Origin: a virus
Lineage: Duplodnaviria > Caudoviricetes
Virus record (IMG/VR): IMGVR_UViG_3300035208_004923
Coordinates: 320,001 to 384,000 of that record
Length of the DNA stretch: 64,000 bases
Reading direction: 5' to 3' (one strand)
Made by a program: the position numbers and the translations under genes. This document shows, piece after piece, positions 9,262 to 19,301 of the stretch. Every line of letters begins with the position of its first letter. The stretch's first letter is position 1. The notes under the pieces are model-generated. The model was not told the origin of the DNA. It saw nothing but the letters and a program-made list of their open reading frames with translations, and searched no databases.

Positions 9262-9996
9262 TTAAAATAATCCTTTTGCGCCTTTATGATCTTTTTGAAA
9301 ATAACAAAAAAGACATTTGTGTGCACATTGCGCTCTACTATTCAACAATTCAAATTTATTATCTAAACAATGACAAGTAGTTCGTTGGTATCCTGCTGGT
9401 TTTCCAGGTTCAACTCCAAGAATTTGACAATCCAATTCTGATATACAAGGTGTTGACGGTAATCCTTCTTCTGCACATAATGCTGGCATTTCAAATTCTC
9501 GCCATATTCTTTTTCTTATATCTAAAGGTAAATTGAAAGATGTGTATTTTAATTGAAAACCTTTTTCTTCAATTCTTTTTTGCGTATGTGGATAGTTATC
9601 GTAAAACGATATTCTTACTCTACACATGTTTTCTTTAAGATTTGCTTTTGCCTCTTTCCACACATTTATCGAATTATACATATAATTGGATATTGGCATT
9701 ATCGGGTCAATTCTTAAAACAACACGTTGCGGACCTAATAATTCAACAAATTTATAAAGGTATTCTAAACTTTCTTTTGCGGATGGTGCATTAGGTTCTA
9801 AAGCAGTTCCACCATTTCCTGTTATTGTACAATGCACAATAATATTATAAGGTACATTAAGTTCGCTTATAATTTCATATATTTTTTTAGGGTTTTTAGA
9901 TATAATGATTGCGGGATTCTTTTCAGATACCCATTTAATCCAACGATGGTCAAATGCAGCATCCCCATGTTCCGTAATTCCTATTTTTCTCGACAT
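9262..9996 (-). CDS. DUF1848-like radical-SAM-related protein
   Basis: SKNP, TITG, LEPN, LRIDPI and C-terminal CHC...CAHKCLFCY. Confidence 0.75.
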   Translation of the reverse strand: MSRKIGITEHGDAAFDHRWIKWVSEKNPAIIISKNPKKIYEIISELNVPYNIIVHCTITGNGGTALEPNAPSAKESLEYLYKFVELLGPQRVVLRIDPIMPISNYMYNSINVWKEAKANLKENMCRVRISFYDNYPHTQKRIEEKGFQLKYTSFNLPLDIRKRIWREFEMPALCAEEGLPSTPCISELDCQILGVEPGKPAGYQRTTCHCLDNKFELLNSRAQCAHKCLFCYFQKDHKGAKGLF

Positions 9997-10039
9997 CTAT
10001 AATTTTTGTTTTTTGTTATATATTCATATTTTTAAACTG

Positions 10040-10086
10040 AAAAACCTTGACTAATATCACTAAAAGCAATCGTAGTCAAGGTTTTT
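10040..10086. terminator. 14-bp stem hairpin downstream of thyX
   Basis: AAAAACCTTGACTA / TAGTCAAGGTTTTT. Confidence 0.65.
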
Positions 10087-10118
10087 GATTATTTTAGAAT
10101 CGCGATATCACGTATTCT

Positions 10119-10847
10119 TTAGAATGTGATATCATCAAAAATAATTGGAATTTGTTTTTTGAAATCCTCAAGTAACGGAATTGTCAATTCACGCATTTGT
10201 GGATGTGCTGCGGTAGAACAACGAAGTTTGAAAAAATGTCTCCATTCACGAAGATTGCATGCCATATTGATTTCTGTTTTTAATGAATTTGGCAATACCG
10301 CTCTTGCTTCTTGAGGTTTCCAACCACGTTTTAATAAAGATTGATATGAAATTTCAGCAGTTGCCATTGCATTTAAAAATACAAGTTCATTGTAATCTTT
10401 ATCTGTAAATTCTTGTTCTTCGGGTATTTCTGCAAATTGTTTTGCAATAAGTTTACTGTCATGAATTCCTAATTGAATTTCATCAACCCATGGCGGTAGT
10501 ATAAATTGAATATCAGCACCATTTTTTTGTTCGTCAGAGTAATCAACATATCGTGTTGATTCTTGAGCAAAACTTGCAATACGATGTCTTACTAGTTCGT
10601 GTGAAACACCACGATCACAAGTGAACTTAACAGATATCATTCCACCAAATTCAAGCATTGCTTCATGACCTTTTGAAAGCAGAACACCTTTGATTAATTT
10701 TCTAGCAGAAATAGCTTCACCATTTTCTCCATGTTCAATTCGACCTTCGGATTTATAACATGTGCGAGCAGCAACTTCAATTTGTTTTAGAATTTGTTCT
10801 CCATCTATTGGAGTAGTAATTGTGTAAGAAGGTTTTATTAATTTCAT
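10119..10847 (-). CDS. thyX: FAD-dependent thymidylate synthase
   Basis: HELVRHRIASFAQESTRY, EARAVLPN, NLREWRHF..LR. Confidence 0.97.
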   Translation of the reverse strand: MKLIKPSYTITTPIDGEQILKQIEVAARTCYKSEGRIEHGENGEAISARKLIKGVLLSKGHEAMLEFGGMISVKFTCDRGVSHELVRHRIASFAQESTRYVDYSDEQKNGADIQFILPPWVDEIQLGIHDSKLIAKQFAEIPEEQEFTDKDYNELVFLNAMATAEISYQSLLKRGWKPQEARAVLPNSLKTEINMACNLREWRHFFKLRCSTAAHPQMRELTIPLLEDFKKQIPIIFDDITF

Positions 10848-10855
10848 AAAAATAA

Positions 10856-10900
10856 AAGGATTAATGTATAATATTTGTATACATTAATCCTTAATAGTTT
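10856..10900 (-). promoter_or_regulatory. class II promoter variant embedded in a 15-bp perfect palindrome
   Basis: AAACT-N12-TGTATACAA (10875-10900); IR arms 10856-10870 / 10878-10892. Confidence 0.65.
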
Positions 10901-11522
10901 TAGGTAATTTTAATGAGTAATACGGATTATACTGATATGCAATTAACGGATATGCTAATTCGATATTTGCATATTTTGTAATGATTCCTCTGTTTTTATT
11001 ATATCTTTCAATCGTTAAATAGCCATTCATTATACCTTGGTATGTTCCACGACCAAGACATTTAATGTACTTCTTTTTTAATTTTCTAGGCAGTTTCATT
11101 TTCGATTGAAATAGGAACAACTTCGATAAACTCAGGTGCCATATAAAGATGCATTAAAGTTCCGCATTCTCGCGAATCTAAACTGCAATATTTGTACTTC
11201 TTTTTGCCGTACCACGTACGATAAGGTATTTCAACCATAAAATCATGTACGTATTCAGATTGTCGAAGTATTTCTTCTTTTTCTGCTTCAGTACTTACCG
11301 TAATTTTTAACATGATATTCCTGTTGGCTTGTGAATTACTTTTATTGCTGTTACTTCGTACCGAGGATTTCTTTCGAAACGATCATTTGATACATCACAT
11401 TGAACAAACTCAATTGTTATTTCATTTACCGGTACTTTAAGATCTGCAGCAATTAATTCAGCTAATTGCTTCTTCTTAATTTCATACGTTTTTGTAACGT
11501 TTTCACCATTTATGATTCCCAT
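10884..11522 (-). CDS. three small hypothetical proteins (10884-11120, 11086-11313, 11307-11522)
   Basis: overlapping packed ORFs. Confidence 0.55.
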
Positions 11523-11523
11523 A

Positions 11524-12192
11524 TTACTTTGTATTATTTATATGAATGTCAACTACTTTTCTTTTAAATTGTCCAAGATTATATTTATCTTTATTGCCGG
11601 TGTATCCGCCATGTTTAAAACCTTTTTCTGTCCATATGAAAAAATCAGCAGGACCTTTTAAGCCTTTTTGAAAAATAACAACGTCATTTTTAGTTGAACC
11701 TTGAGAAACAAATTTAATCGTGCAATTTTCTCCACCCCATGAAACTGTGTTAGGACATGCGTGTATAAGATTTTCAATTGAATGCTTAATATCAATTGGC
11801 AATTGCGTTATTTCGATATCTTGGTCGTATACGTTAATGTTATTTTGATATTCTTTTATTTTTGCTTCCCATTTTTTGTTTTTATGCAAAATTTCTGGCA
11901 AGATATCATTTACAATATCAATTCCGGTTTTTTCACCAAGTTCGATATAAATACTTAATAAACATTGTAAAGCATCGGCCAATTCTTCCTTTAAGTGTTC
12001 TTTATCGTATGGCTTATAAGTATGTCCTAAGTACTTCAATGCTTCAGCTGTCATTTCACCAAATTCTTCATCGAACTTCATGAACTTTGCTTCAATCGGT
12101 TTTGTTTCAAGTTTATTCAATCTTTCGATGTCATCAAGGATTACATGCAATTGCAATCCTAGTATTGTGTTTCTGTCGAGATTATGATTCAT
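11524..12192 (-). CDS. MazG-like NTP pyrophosphohydrolase fused to a GPAD-motif domain
   Basis: KFDEEFGE...LKEELADALQ; C-terminus shared with 12182-12724. Confidence 0.75.
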   Translation of the reverse strand: MNHNLDRNTILGLQLHVILDDIERLNKLETKPIEAKFMKFDEEFGEMTAEALKYLGHTYKPYDKEHLKEELADALQCLLSIYIELGEKTGIDIVNDILPEILHKNKKWEAKIKEYQNNINVYDQDIEITQLPIDIKHSIENLIHACPNTVSWGGENCTIKFVSQGSTKNDVVIFQKGLKGPADFFIWTEKGFKHGGYTGNKDKYNLGQFKRKVVDIHINNTK

Positions 12193-12724
12193 GATATTTT
12201 ATGTTATTTTTATTAACGTTATTAATATAATATGCAAGTTCAACAATTGTGTATGATTCTTTATATCCGGTGTATGCACCATGATAAAATTTGCCTTCTT
12301 TGTAATAGAACCAATCAGCAGGTCCTCGTACGCCTGCCTCGAAAACAATGATATCGTCGTATGTTGGATTTCCGCTTACAAATTCAATCGTTTTATTTTT
12401 ACCGCCTCTTGAAACCATGTCAGGATACATTGCGACCAATTCGTCAATCATACCATTTATTTCCTTTGGTAATTTTGAATCGTTTTCGCCAGATAAAAGA
12501 ATCAAAAATGAATTAGTTTTTAATGGACATTCCTCAAAAATTTCGTGTTTGATTGTAGGTTCAACATTTGAATCGTTATGATAAGCAAGTAACTTAAAAT
12601 AACTACCTTCATTTAACGTATCTTTATGATTACACGAAATTTGAAACATTGAGCCAGAACCTTTTATAAAATGCTTATAAACAAACGGACAATTATGGCA
12701 GTTTGTTACTTTGATTTCTTCCAT
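12182..12724 (-). CDS. hypothetical protein, Cys-rich N-terminus plus GPAD-motif domain
   Basis: CHNCPF; VSRGG..GPADWF..HGAYTG. Confidence 0.7.
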   Translation of the reverse strand: MEEIKVTNCHNCPFVYKHFIKGSGSMFQISCNHKDTLNEGSYFKLLAYHNDSNVEPTIKHEIFEECPLKTNSFLILLSGENDSKLPKEINGMIDELVAMYPDMVSRGGKNKTIEFVSGNPTYDDIIVFEAGVRGPADWFYYKEGKFYHGAYTGYKESYTIVELAYYINNVNKNNIKYHES

Positions 12725-12725
12725 A

Positions 12726-14924
12726 TTATTTTTTTATAAATGATAATGTATTTCCGTTAACTATTGCAATATAATATCCAGCAGATAAATTTTCAACATT
12801 AATTGATTCTTCATCTGTAATTTCTTTTTCTATTACAGAAACACCATTTGCACCTATAATTTTTACTTTAGATGTTCCTATATTTTTAATTTTAATATAA
12901 TCAGTTGTAGGATTTGGATATATTGAAATTTCATTTGTAATAATACCAACGGCCGTAGTATCTCCAACCGATGTAGTATCTTCAATTCCTGCTTGAATAA
13001 TTATGATTGTTTTTGATACGTTGCCTACAGGTTTTACCTCATCTGCCGCATATACTGTGATTTTAGCAGTTCTCTTTGTTTTTGTCGTATTTGCGCTTGC
13101 GGTAAATGATATTGAGTTTTGATTGCCAACAGTAGTTACAGTTAACCATGTTTGGTCAGAATTTACTTGTATGTAACCTGCATTTGATATTGCATACAGA
13201 TTTTTAAAATTCGATGAACTTGATAAGACAATTGTTGCTGTATCAATTGTTATAATAACATCAGCAGGTTCTTGGGTAACAATTATTGAATCTTTTACAT
13301 TTCCTGCCCAAACAGTAACCTTTGCATGTCGGGGTATTGACATTGGATTTGCTTGTGCAGTAAATGTAATTACAGAATTTGTGATTGCTGCAGTTAACCA
13401 TGGTTCTGATGAAATTGGATAAAGCGAAGTATTTGAAGTAACTGTTACTGTTGCAATACTGTTAGTATCTTTACCAATACTTATAGAATCTTTCAAAATT
13501 GTTATTGTGCCATTGCCTGGTTTTTGTATAATCGTTAATGTTTTAGATGCGGGAACTCCTTTAATTGAATAAAGAATATGTGCTGTAGCAGTTCGAGTGG
13601 TTACATTTGGGTTTTCTTCAATTGCTTTAAATTCAATTGTTCCATTTCCATTTGTTTGCAAATTACTTGTGGTTAACCAAGAATCATTTGATTCAACAGT
13701 CCATGTTGCATTTGATGATACATTGAAAGATACCGTACTGTTTTTTGTGTAATCAATTGTTGCAGTCGTTGAAACAAGGTCAATATATTCGATACCTGCA
13801 GGTTGTGTAATTGTTATGATTTGGTCAGCAATGCCGTTTCCTTTAATTGTAACTGTTGCAGTTCTGTCAATAAGTGTTGGATTTACAGATGCAATCAAGT
13901 TAATAGTTGTTCCATTTGTTGTTAAACTTAACCATGTTTGGTCAGATGTAGCAGTCCATTGTACATTTGCATCAATTGTAACATTTGCTGTATTTACAAT
14001 ATTAATAGTATTTGATGTAACGGATATGTATGGACTTTCGCCTTCTTGCACAATTGTCAAAGTATCTGCTATTGTATCCGCATAACTAGTTGAATTGGTA
14101 GTTAATTGTGTTGTTGCTATTACAATTTTTGCAGTTCTTTTTGATGTAGTATGATTTGCTGATAACGTATATGAAACTGTACCGCCATCCAATCCAGTTG
14201 AATTATTAATAGTTATCCATGGCGAATCTGATGTTGCTGTCCAATCGCCTTGTCCTGTAAATGTGTTATCATATGATGCAGAAGTACTTGGCACTGTATC
14301 AACCGTTTTTGTCAATAATACGCCATTCATTTCAAATATGTACGTAGATGCGGGGATAGTTACCAAGTTTTTATACAATTGCAATGAACCGAACGGAACA
14401 TAATAACTGACAGTATATGTACTATACGTTAAATTTGTAGGAGGGACTTTCGAGAAAAGATAAATGAAACTCCTATTTGCTTTTGTTCCACACAACGTGA
14501 ACATTGCATATGAACCGATTGACGTTACATTTTTTGGTATAGCTAACCATCTAAGCGATGTGCATTGATAAAATGCGTATTTTCCGATTGCTGTCAATGA
14601 TTGCGGTAATTTAATCCAAGTAATGACAAACCGATAAAACGCACTGTCGGGGAGTGCATTATTTGCATAAATTTTAGTTCCACTGTTATATTCAACAATG
14701 TTAGCATTTGATAAATCAACTGTCTTTAATTGATTTTTCATTGTTGTCATGAACACAAAATCACGGTAATCAATAGGACCAGTTACGATTAAATCGGTAA
14801 CTGTTGTAGTAGTAAATTTCACTGACATTTCGCCAGCGGCAGTAGAGTTGTACGTTGAGTACACTTGGGCGTTTACTGCGATTGCAATAAAAAATCCCGT
14901 CAATAAAAGGAATAGTTTTTTCAT
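12726..14924 (-). CDS. T9SS-secreted surface protein: signal peptide, BspA-type LRR, multiple BACON domains, Por secretion CTD
   Basis: LP.SLT.IG.YAF LRRs; repeated WTATSD..W(I/L)...AN...R.A; C-terminal IYPNPT...LSAGYY...FIKK. Confidence 0.9.
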   Translation of the reverse strand: MKKLFLLLTGFFIAIAVNAQVYSTYNSTAAGEMSVKFTTTTVTDLIVTGPIDYRDFVFMTTMKNQLKTVDLSNANIVEYNSGTKIYANNALPDSAFYRFVITWIKLPQSLTAIGKYAFYQCTSLRWLAIPKNVTSIGSYAMFTLCGTKANRSFIYLFSKVPPTNLTYSTYTVSYYVPFGSLQLYKNLVTIPASTYIFEMNGVLLTKTVDTVPSTSASYDNTFTGQGDWTATSDSPWITINNSTGLDGGTVSYTLSANHTTSKRTAKIVIATTQLTTNSTSYADTIADTLTIVQEGESPYISVTSNTINIVNTANVTIDANVQWTATSDQTWLSLTTNGTTINLIASVNPTLIDRTATVTIKGNGIADQIITITQPAGIEYIDLVSTTATIDYTKNSTVSFNVSSNATWTVESNDSWLTTSNLQTNGNGTIEFKAIEENPNVTTRTATAHILYSIKGVPASKTLTIIQKPGNGTITILKDSISIGKDTNSIATVTVTSNTSLYPISSEPWLTAAITNSVITFTAQANPMSIPRHAKVTVWAGNVKDSIIVTQEPADVIITIDTATIVLSSSSNFKNLYAISNAGYIQVNSDQTWLTVTTVGNQNSISFTASANTTKTKRTAKITVYAADEVKPVGNVSKTIIIIQAGIEDTTSVGDTTAVGIITNEISIYPNPTTDYIKIKNIGTSKVKIIGANGVSVIEKEITDEESINVENLSAGYYIAIVNGNTLSFIKK

Positions 14925-14953
14925 TTTGTTTAAGAATTGGTTAAATTATATGT

Positions 14954-14992
14954 AAAATCAAATATAAACTATATTTGATGTAATAGCAATAG
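14954..14992 (-). promoter_or_regulatory. class I promoter (variant copy)
   Basis: CTATTGCTATT...TATATTTGATTTT upstream of T9SS cargo gene. Confidence 0.7.
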
Positions 14993-15017
14993 AAAATGAA
15001 ATTATTTTCAAAAAAAG

Positions 15018-15830
15018 TTAAAATAATGTTACAGATTTTTCAACAAGTTTTTTTCCTTCAGTTATTTTTGCAAATTCTTTGATAATTTTACGGAATTCTT
15101 CTGGAATTATTCGCAAAACGCGTTCTGCTAATTCATTAGGCAATTTTTCATAAAACACATATGCAAGGCCACAAGCAATTGCAGCCAATGTATCGGTATC
15201 TCCACCATGCATAATGCTTTCTCTAAGTACTTCGGTAAAATCATTTCCAGTAAAGAAACAATTGAATGCTTCATGAACACCTGTTATCGAATGTAAAGAA
15301 TTTTTACGTGTATCAACATCACCTGGTTTTTTGTATTCATAACCATATGTTGATTTCAACATTTTGTACAATTCAGATTTATCTTTGCAAGTTCGCGCCA
15401 TGAATGTTACATGAGCAAGTTGCATTACAGCGTCAAGCGAATCTGTATGATTATGTGTGCATGATGATTGTTTTACAGCTTGTCTTAAAACTGTTGGCAA
15501 ATCGTTGTAAAATAACGGAATTGATAACCCACGCATTGCTGAACCATTTCCATAGCTGTTGTACGCAGCTCTATCACCGGCAGTATTTGCCCATTTTGTA
15601 AACATTCCGCCGTATCCCATTCTTGGGTATTTTCTAGCATATTTTTGAATCATCATATCAAATGGACGGTTTTTCAATAAAGCTTCAGAAACAGCCAATG
15701 TTAAAATTGTATCATCTGTAAAACGATTTGCCTTTGTTATAAATTTGAACTCTGGGCTGATATCAGTTTTCCATTCCTTTGTTGACCCAACAACATCGCC
15801 GATTACAGCGCCAAGTAAAAAGTATTTCAT
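15018..15830 (-). CDS. ADP-ribosylglycohydrolase (DraG/ARH family)
   Basis: GAVIGD, FTDDT, SYGNGSAMR, GGDTDT. Confidence 0.93.
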   Translation of the reverse strand: MKYFLLGAVIGDVVGSTKEWKTDISPEFKFITKANRFTDDTILTLAVSEALLKNRPFDMMIQKYARKYPRMGYGGMFTKWANTAGDRAAYNSYGNGSAMRGLSIPLFYNDLPTVLRQAVKQSSCTHNHTDSLDAVMQLAHVTFMARTCKDKSELYKMLKSTYGYEYKKPGDVDTRKNSLHSITGVHEAFNCFFTGNDFTEVLRESIMHGGDTDTLAAIACGLAYVFYEKLPNELAERVLRIIPEEFRKIIKEFAKITEGKKLVEKSVTLF

Positions 15831-15831
15831 G

Positions 15832-16579
15832 TTATGCCATTTGTTTTTTTAATTCAGCAATTCTTTTTTCTAAATTTTCTATAGTATTTTGCAGTTCAAC
15901 ATTATCCTTGAATGCGTCAACCGTAATTATTTGTAATCCTTGATATAATTTTGTAGCGGATTCATTAATATGTTTCAACGCTGTTTTTTTGGTTCCTAAT
16001 AAATTTGAACTAATGAAAGGGTCAATCCCAACTCGAACGCGTTCTTTATAAACAGTATCAATACAGTATGTATCTTGTAACGTTAATTTAATGTTATTTG
16101 CGATAATTGGTGTTCTTAATGTTTTGTTATGTTGTTGTAGTAACAATTTTCACAATTCAACGTCAACATCTTTTTTATTACGTTCAGCATAAATTTTATG
16201 CACGATATCATAAAATGCAGCGGTAAATGTATCGTGACAAATAATTACAAGTGGTTTTGACCTGCGACCGTCTGCAATTGGAAATTTTAACGATAAATTC
16301 ATTCTTGATGAATTTTTTGCAATTGATGTTTTATCGCCATAAATTTTATGCACCCAAATTTTACCGTTTTTTTTCAGTAAATACCCATTTTACAGATTTT
16401 GTTTTGATTGTAGTATCTTCCATTTCAATAGTTGTACTGATGTTTTTCCATTTATTTGCAGGAATCAACGTTACATGCAAACCAATTGCTTTTGCGTAGT
16501 TAAAAGCACCAGTTTCTCTAAAAAGTTCAAAATCTTTTAAATAAGATTGACGGATTTTTGGATTTTCAATTATTGTCAT
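15832..16579 (-). CDS. three small hypothetical proteins (15832-16146, 16150-16353, 16361-16579)
   Basis: packed ORFs downstream of a class I promoter. Confidence 0.6.
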
Positions 16580-16602
16580 AAGTAGTGATTTTTAATGTTT
16601 TT

Positions 16603-16652
16603 ATCAATTAATTAAAATCAAATATACAACATTTATGATGCAATAGCAATAG
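16603..16652 (-). promoter_or_regulatory. class I promoter
   Basis: near-identical repeat copy. Confidence 0.8.
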
Positions 16653-16661
16653 TTTTGGCAA

Positions 16662-17582
16662 TTATTTTTGATAAATTTCGTGAACTACAATTTTCATTTT
16701 TGCAATATCTTGCGAAACGATTCTTAAAGCTTCATCTCGATTATTTTTTTCAGGATACTCTCTTACGCATTCATCACCAATCCATAACATTGCTTTATAT
16801 GAACGGCTTTTCACAACGTCTTCAACCGTTACATTTAATTTCACAATATCATTTGAAACAATTACATCATCCTCAACAACTTTCGGTTGTTCATTGTTTA
16901 CTGTATTAAATGATACGTCCAATGTTTTCTTTTGTTGTTCTAATCTTTGCGTTCTGAGATTTTCATCAATATCATCTTGATTAAGACCAAGTTGTCCGTA
17001 TAAACTTGCAGATTCAACCTTGACTGGGATTCCTTTATAATCAATACATGCTTTTTCATAAATATTCAAATCTTCAACATCTGGTAACAATGTATCTGAA
17101 TCAAAGCCATCAACTTTTGATAAATAATACTTTATGACATGATACATATCAGGTCCAACAACGAATTTACAACGTTTATCGAAAACATCATACATTCTTT
17201 TGTACTCTAACTTTGCAACTTCGCCTACTGTGTTTGCGATACGATATTTTAAAATGGTTTTTATAGACATATACATTCTATATCCAATTGTTGATTTTGG
17301 AAATTTGTCTTTAACTATAAACGAATAGCTATTCTCGCTTCCTTCAATCAATCGCGTACATGTTCCATTTTTATGAAACTTATAAATAGAATATGGCAAA
17401 GTTACAATATCTCGTACTTTTATAATATAGTCATCCGAATAAGTCCATGGCATATTCAGTATGTGCGCATAAAAGCTATAAATTAATGAACTTTTTAATA
17501 TGTGTAATTCAATACTTCTATTCGTTGCTGCTTGTCTGTACAATTCTGTTCCGTATACTGTCATATTCTTAATTGTTTTCAA
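16662..17582 (-). CDS. hypothetical protein
   Basis: 306-aa ORF. Confidence 0.7.
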   Translation of the reverse strand: MKTIKNMTVYGTELYRQAATNRSIELHILKSSLIYSFYAHILNMPWTYSDDYIIKVRDIVTLPYSIYKFHKNGTCTRLIEGSENSYSFIVKDKFPKSTIGYRMYMSIKTILKYRIANTVGEVAKLEYKRMYDVFDKRCKFVVGPDMYHVIKYYLSKVDGFDSDTLLPDVEDLNIYEKACIDYKGIPVKVESASLYGQLGLNQDDIDENLRTQRLEQQKKTLDVSFNTVNNEQPKVVEDDVIVSNDIVKLNVTVEDVVKSRSYKAMLWIGDECVREYPEKNNRDEALRIVSQDIAKMKIVVHEIYQK

Positions 17583-17934
17583 TTATAATTCCTAATGCTT
17601 TAGACAAAACCCGTTCTGTTAATGAATCAAAATCAGGTAATTCCAATTCATCATTTGTTTTGACTTTTATTGTTTTAAATGCAACGCCATCAGCATCAAG
17701 TATTTCCATGCGATAAAATATTTCATCTCGTACATTAACACCAACTTCATAAGTTACAGTAAAGTCATTACTTAATTCATAAACTGCTTTAATTTTATGC
17801 GCATTTTTTGCAACAATTGATGCGGCTGTTATTTCGATTTTTTCATCAAAGAAAAAGTTTTCAATAACATCAATTTCTTCTGCTGCATTTATAATATGTT
17901 CGCATGAACTGCTTATGCTTATATTTAATTCCAT
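17569..17934 (-). CDS. hypothetical protein
   Basis: 121-aa acidic ORF. Confidence 0.7.
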   Translation of the reverse strand: MELNISISSSCEHIINAAEEIDVIENFFFDEKIEITAASIVAKNAHKIKAVYELSNDFTVTYEVGVNVRDEIFYRMEILDADGVAFKTIKVKTNDELELPDFDSLTERVLSKALGIIIENN

Positions 17935-17935
17935 T

Positions 17936-18472
17936 CTAACGTTTTTTAGGGTTCATTACATTGTCTAATGATAAATTGGCAGATTCCTTTGTTTTAAAGA
18001 AATTGTTTGTTCTTTTACGATACGTTGTTTTATAATCGTCAGAAACGTAAGTATCTTGACAAACTTTACCACTAGAATTGATAAACCAATAAAAAGTTGG
18101 TATATGAATATTATCTTCGATAACAGTGCATATTACCTTAGTTCCATTTTTAAGTGAATACTTATGAGGAACACCAGGCGTTGTTGATTGCAATACTTCT
18201 TGAACAATAAGTGCTGTTTTTTCACCTATTCCATTACCTATTACTTTAACCTTGTCAGGTCTTAAGTAAACAGAATCGCCTTTTTTATATTTTGGCATTG
18301 CAAATTCAACAAAGAAATGTGGTTCTTTTGTTGGGTCAAACATGCATGGTGCTGATGTTGTGTTCCAGTACCATACGCCTACACCTCTATCTGATACCAT
18401 GTCTCCTACGTTATATCCGCCAGGAAATTTTGATTTTAAAATAAATGTTCTTACTTGTGGCATATCTTTCAA
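17936..18472 (-). CDS. hypothetical protein
   Basis: 178-aa ORF. Confidence 0.7.
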   Translation of the reverse strand: MKDMPQVRTFILKSKFPGGYNVGDMVSDRGVGVWYWNTTSAPCMFDPTKEPHFFVEFAMPKYKKGDSVYLRPDKVKVIGNGIGEKTALIVQEVLQSTTPGVPHKYSLKNGTKVICTVIEDNIHIPTFYWFINSSGKVCQDTYVSDDYKTTYRKRTNNFFKTKESANLSLDNVMNPKKR

Positions 18473-18486
18473 TTTTAAATTTTATT

Positions 18487-18512
18487 TTATATACAGAAAT
18501 TTCAATTAGTTT
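18487..18512 (-). promoter_or_regulatory. class II promoter
   Basis: AAACT-N12-TGTATATAA. Confidence 0.7.
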
Positions 18513-18753
18513 TACTTAATATTTCAAAATTATATGCATGACCTGTTTGTGAGACAACAAATTTAACTTTCATGCCAATATACGGTTTTATTGATTGCCG
18601 TTGCATATATCCTCGGCCGCCTACGTTTTTTGCATCTATTAATACTTGCGGATAACCTTCGCCATCAATTCCTCTTACACTATCAATAAAATATGTTACC
18701 CCATCATCACCTAATACTGCAGCACTGTAACTGTCTTTTATTATTCCTTCCAT
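18502..18753 (-). CDS. hypothetical protein
   Basis: 83-aa ORF. Confidence 0.65.
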   Translation of the reverse strand: MEGIIKDSYSAAVLGDDGVTYFIDSVRGIDGEGYPQVLIDAKNVGGRGYMQRQSIKPYIGMKVKFVVSQTGHAYNFEILSKTN

Positions 18754-19289
18754 TAAAAAATCACTTTTGCATTTTCGTTTAAATATAATTCAGGATCGTA
18801 AGAAACATATTGAATTCTTGCAATATCGTGACAATGTTTATCACGAATTCCACCAGCATCAATTGCAAATGCAGCAGATACTTTCAATTCAGTTTCTTTA
18901 TAAGTTTCTTTTGTTGCTGTTGTTGGAATCAATACTTTTAAGCCATTTCCTGACGGCGTGATAAAAGCAGCAAAAACGTAATTTAGTTTTGTTGCTCTTT
19001 TTTTCAAATCTTCAACATTTTCAACATGGTCAATGTCAAGACAAATGAATCCATTATATTCAGCCATTCCGTTTATAGAACGGGTAATGAATTGTCCTGT
19101 TGGCGTAAAAAGTGGCAACTTGTATTTAAGGTCCTCTCGTTTTTTCTTATCGGTTTCTTTGAAAATTGGTTCAACAAGATTCTTAAATTTGCCGTTTTTT
19201 ATATCAGCAAGAATTTCGGTAATATCTCTATTGCCTGAAGGCGTTGTAACTTTTACAGATGGAAATTCGGAAACAATAAATTTAGACAT
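18753..19289 (-). CDS. VirE N-terminal/BT4734-like primase-polymerase domain protein
   Basis: KLP.FTP.G.F, ICLDIDH, F.TPSGNGLK, D..RIQYVSYDP. Confidence 0.85.
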   Translation of the reverse strand: MSKFIVSEFPSVKVTTPSGNRDITEILADIKNGKFKNLVEPIFKETDKKKREDLKYKLPLFTPTGQFITRSINGMAEYNGFICLDIDHVENVEDLKKRATKLNYVFAAFITPSGNGLKVLIPTTATKETYKETELKVSAAFAIDAGGIRDKHCHDIARIQYVSYDPELYLNENAKVIF

Positions 19290-19301
19290 AATAAAAAGTT
19301 T

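Noticed and set aside
12726-14924. Host contamination or a tail fibre
   Set aside because: Has the phage class I promoter and phage-like neighbours; signal peptide and T9SS CTD argue against a tail protein.
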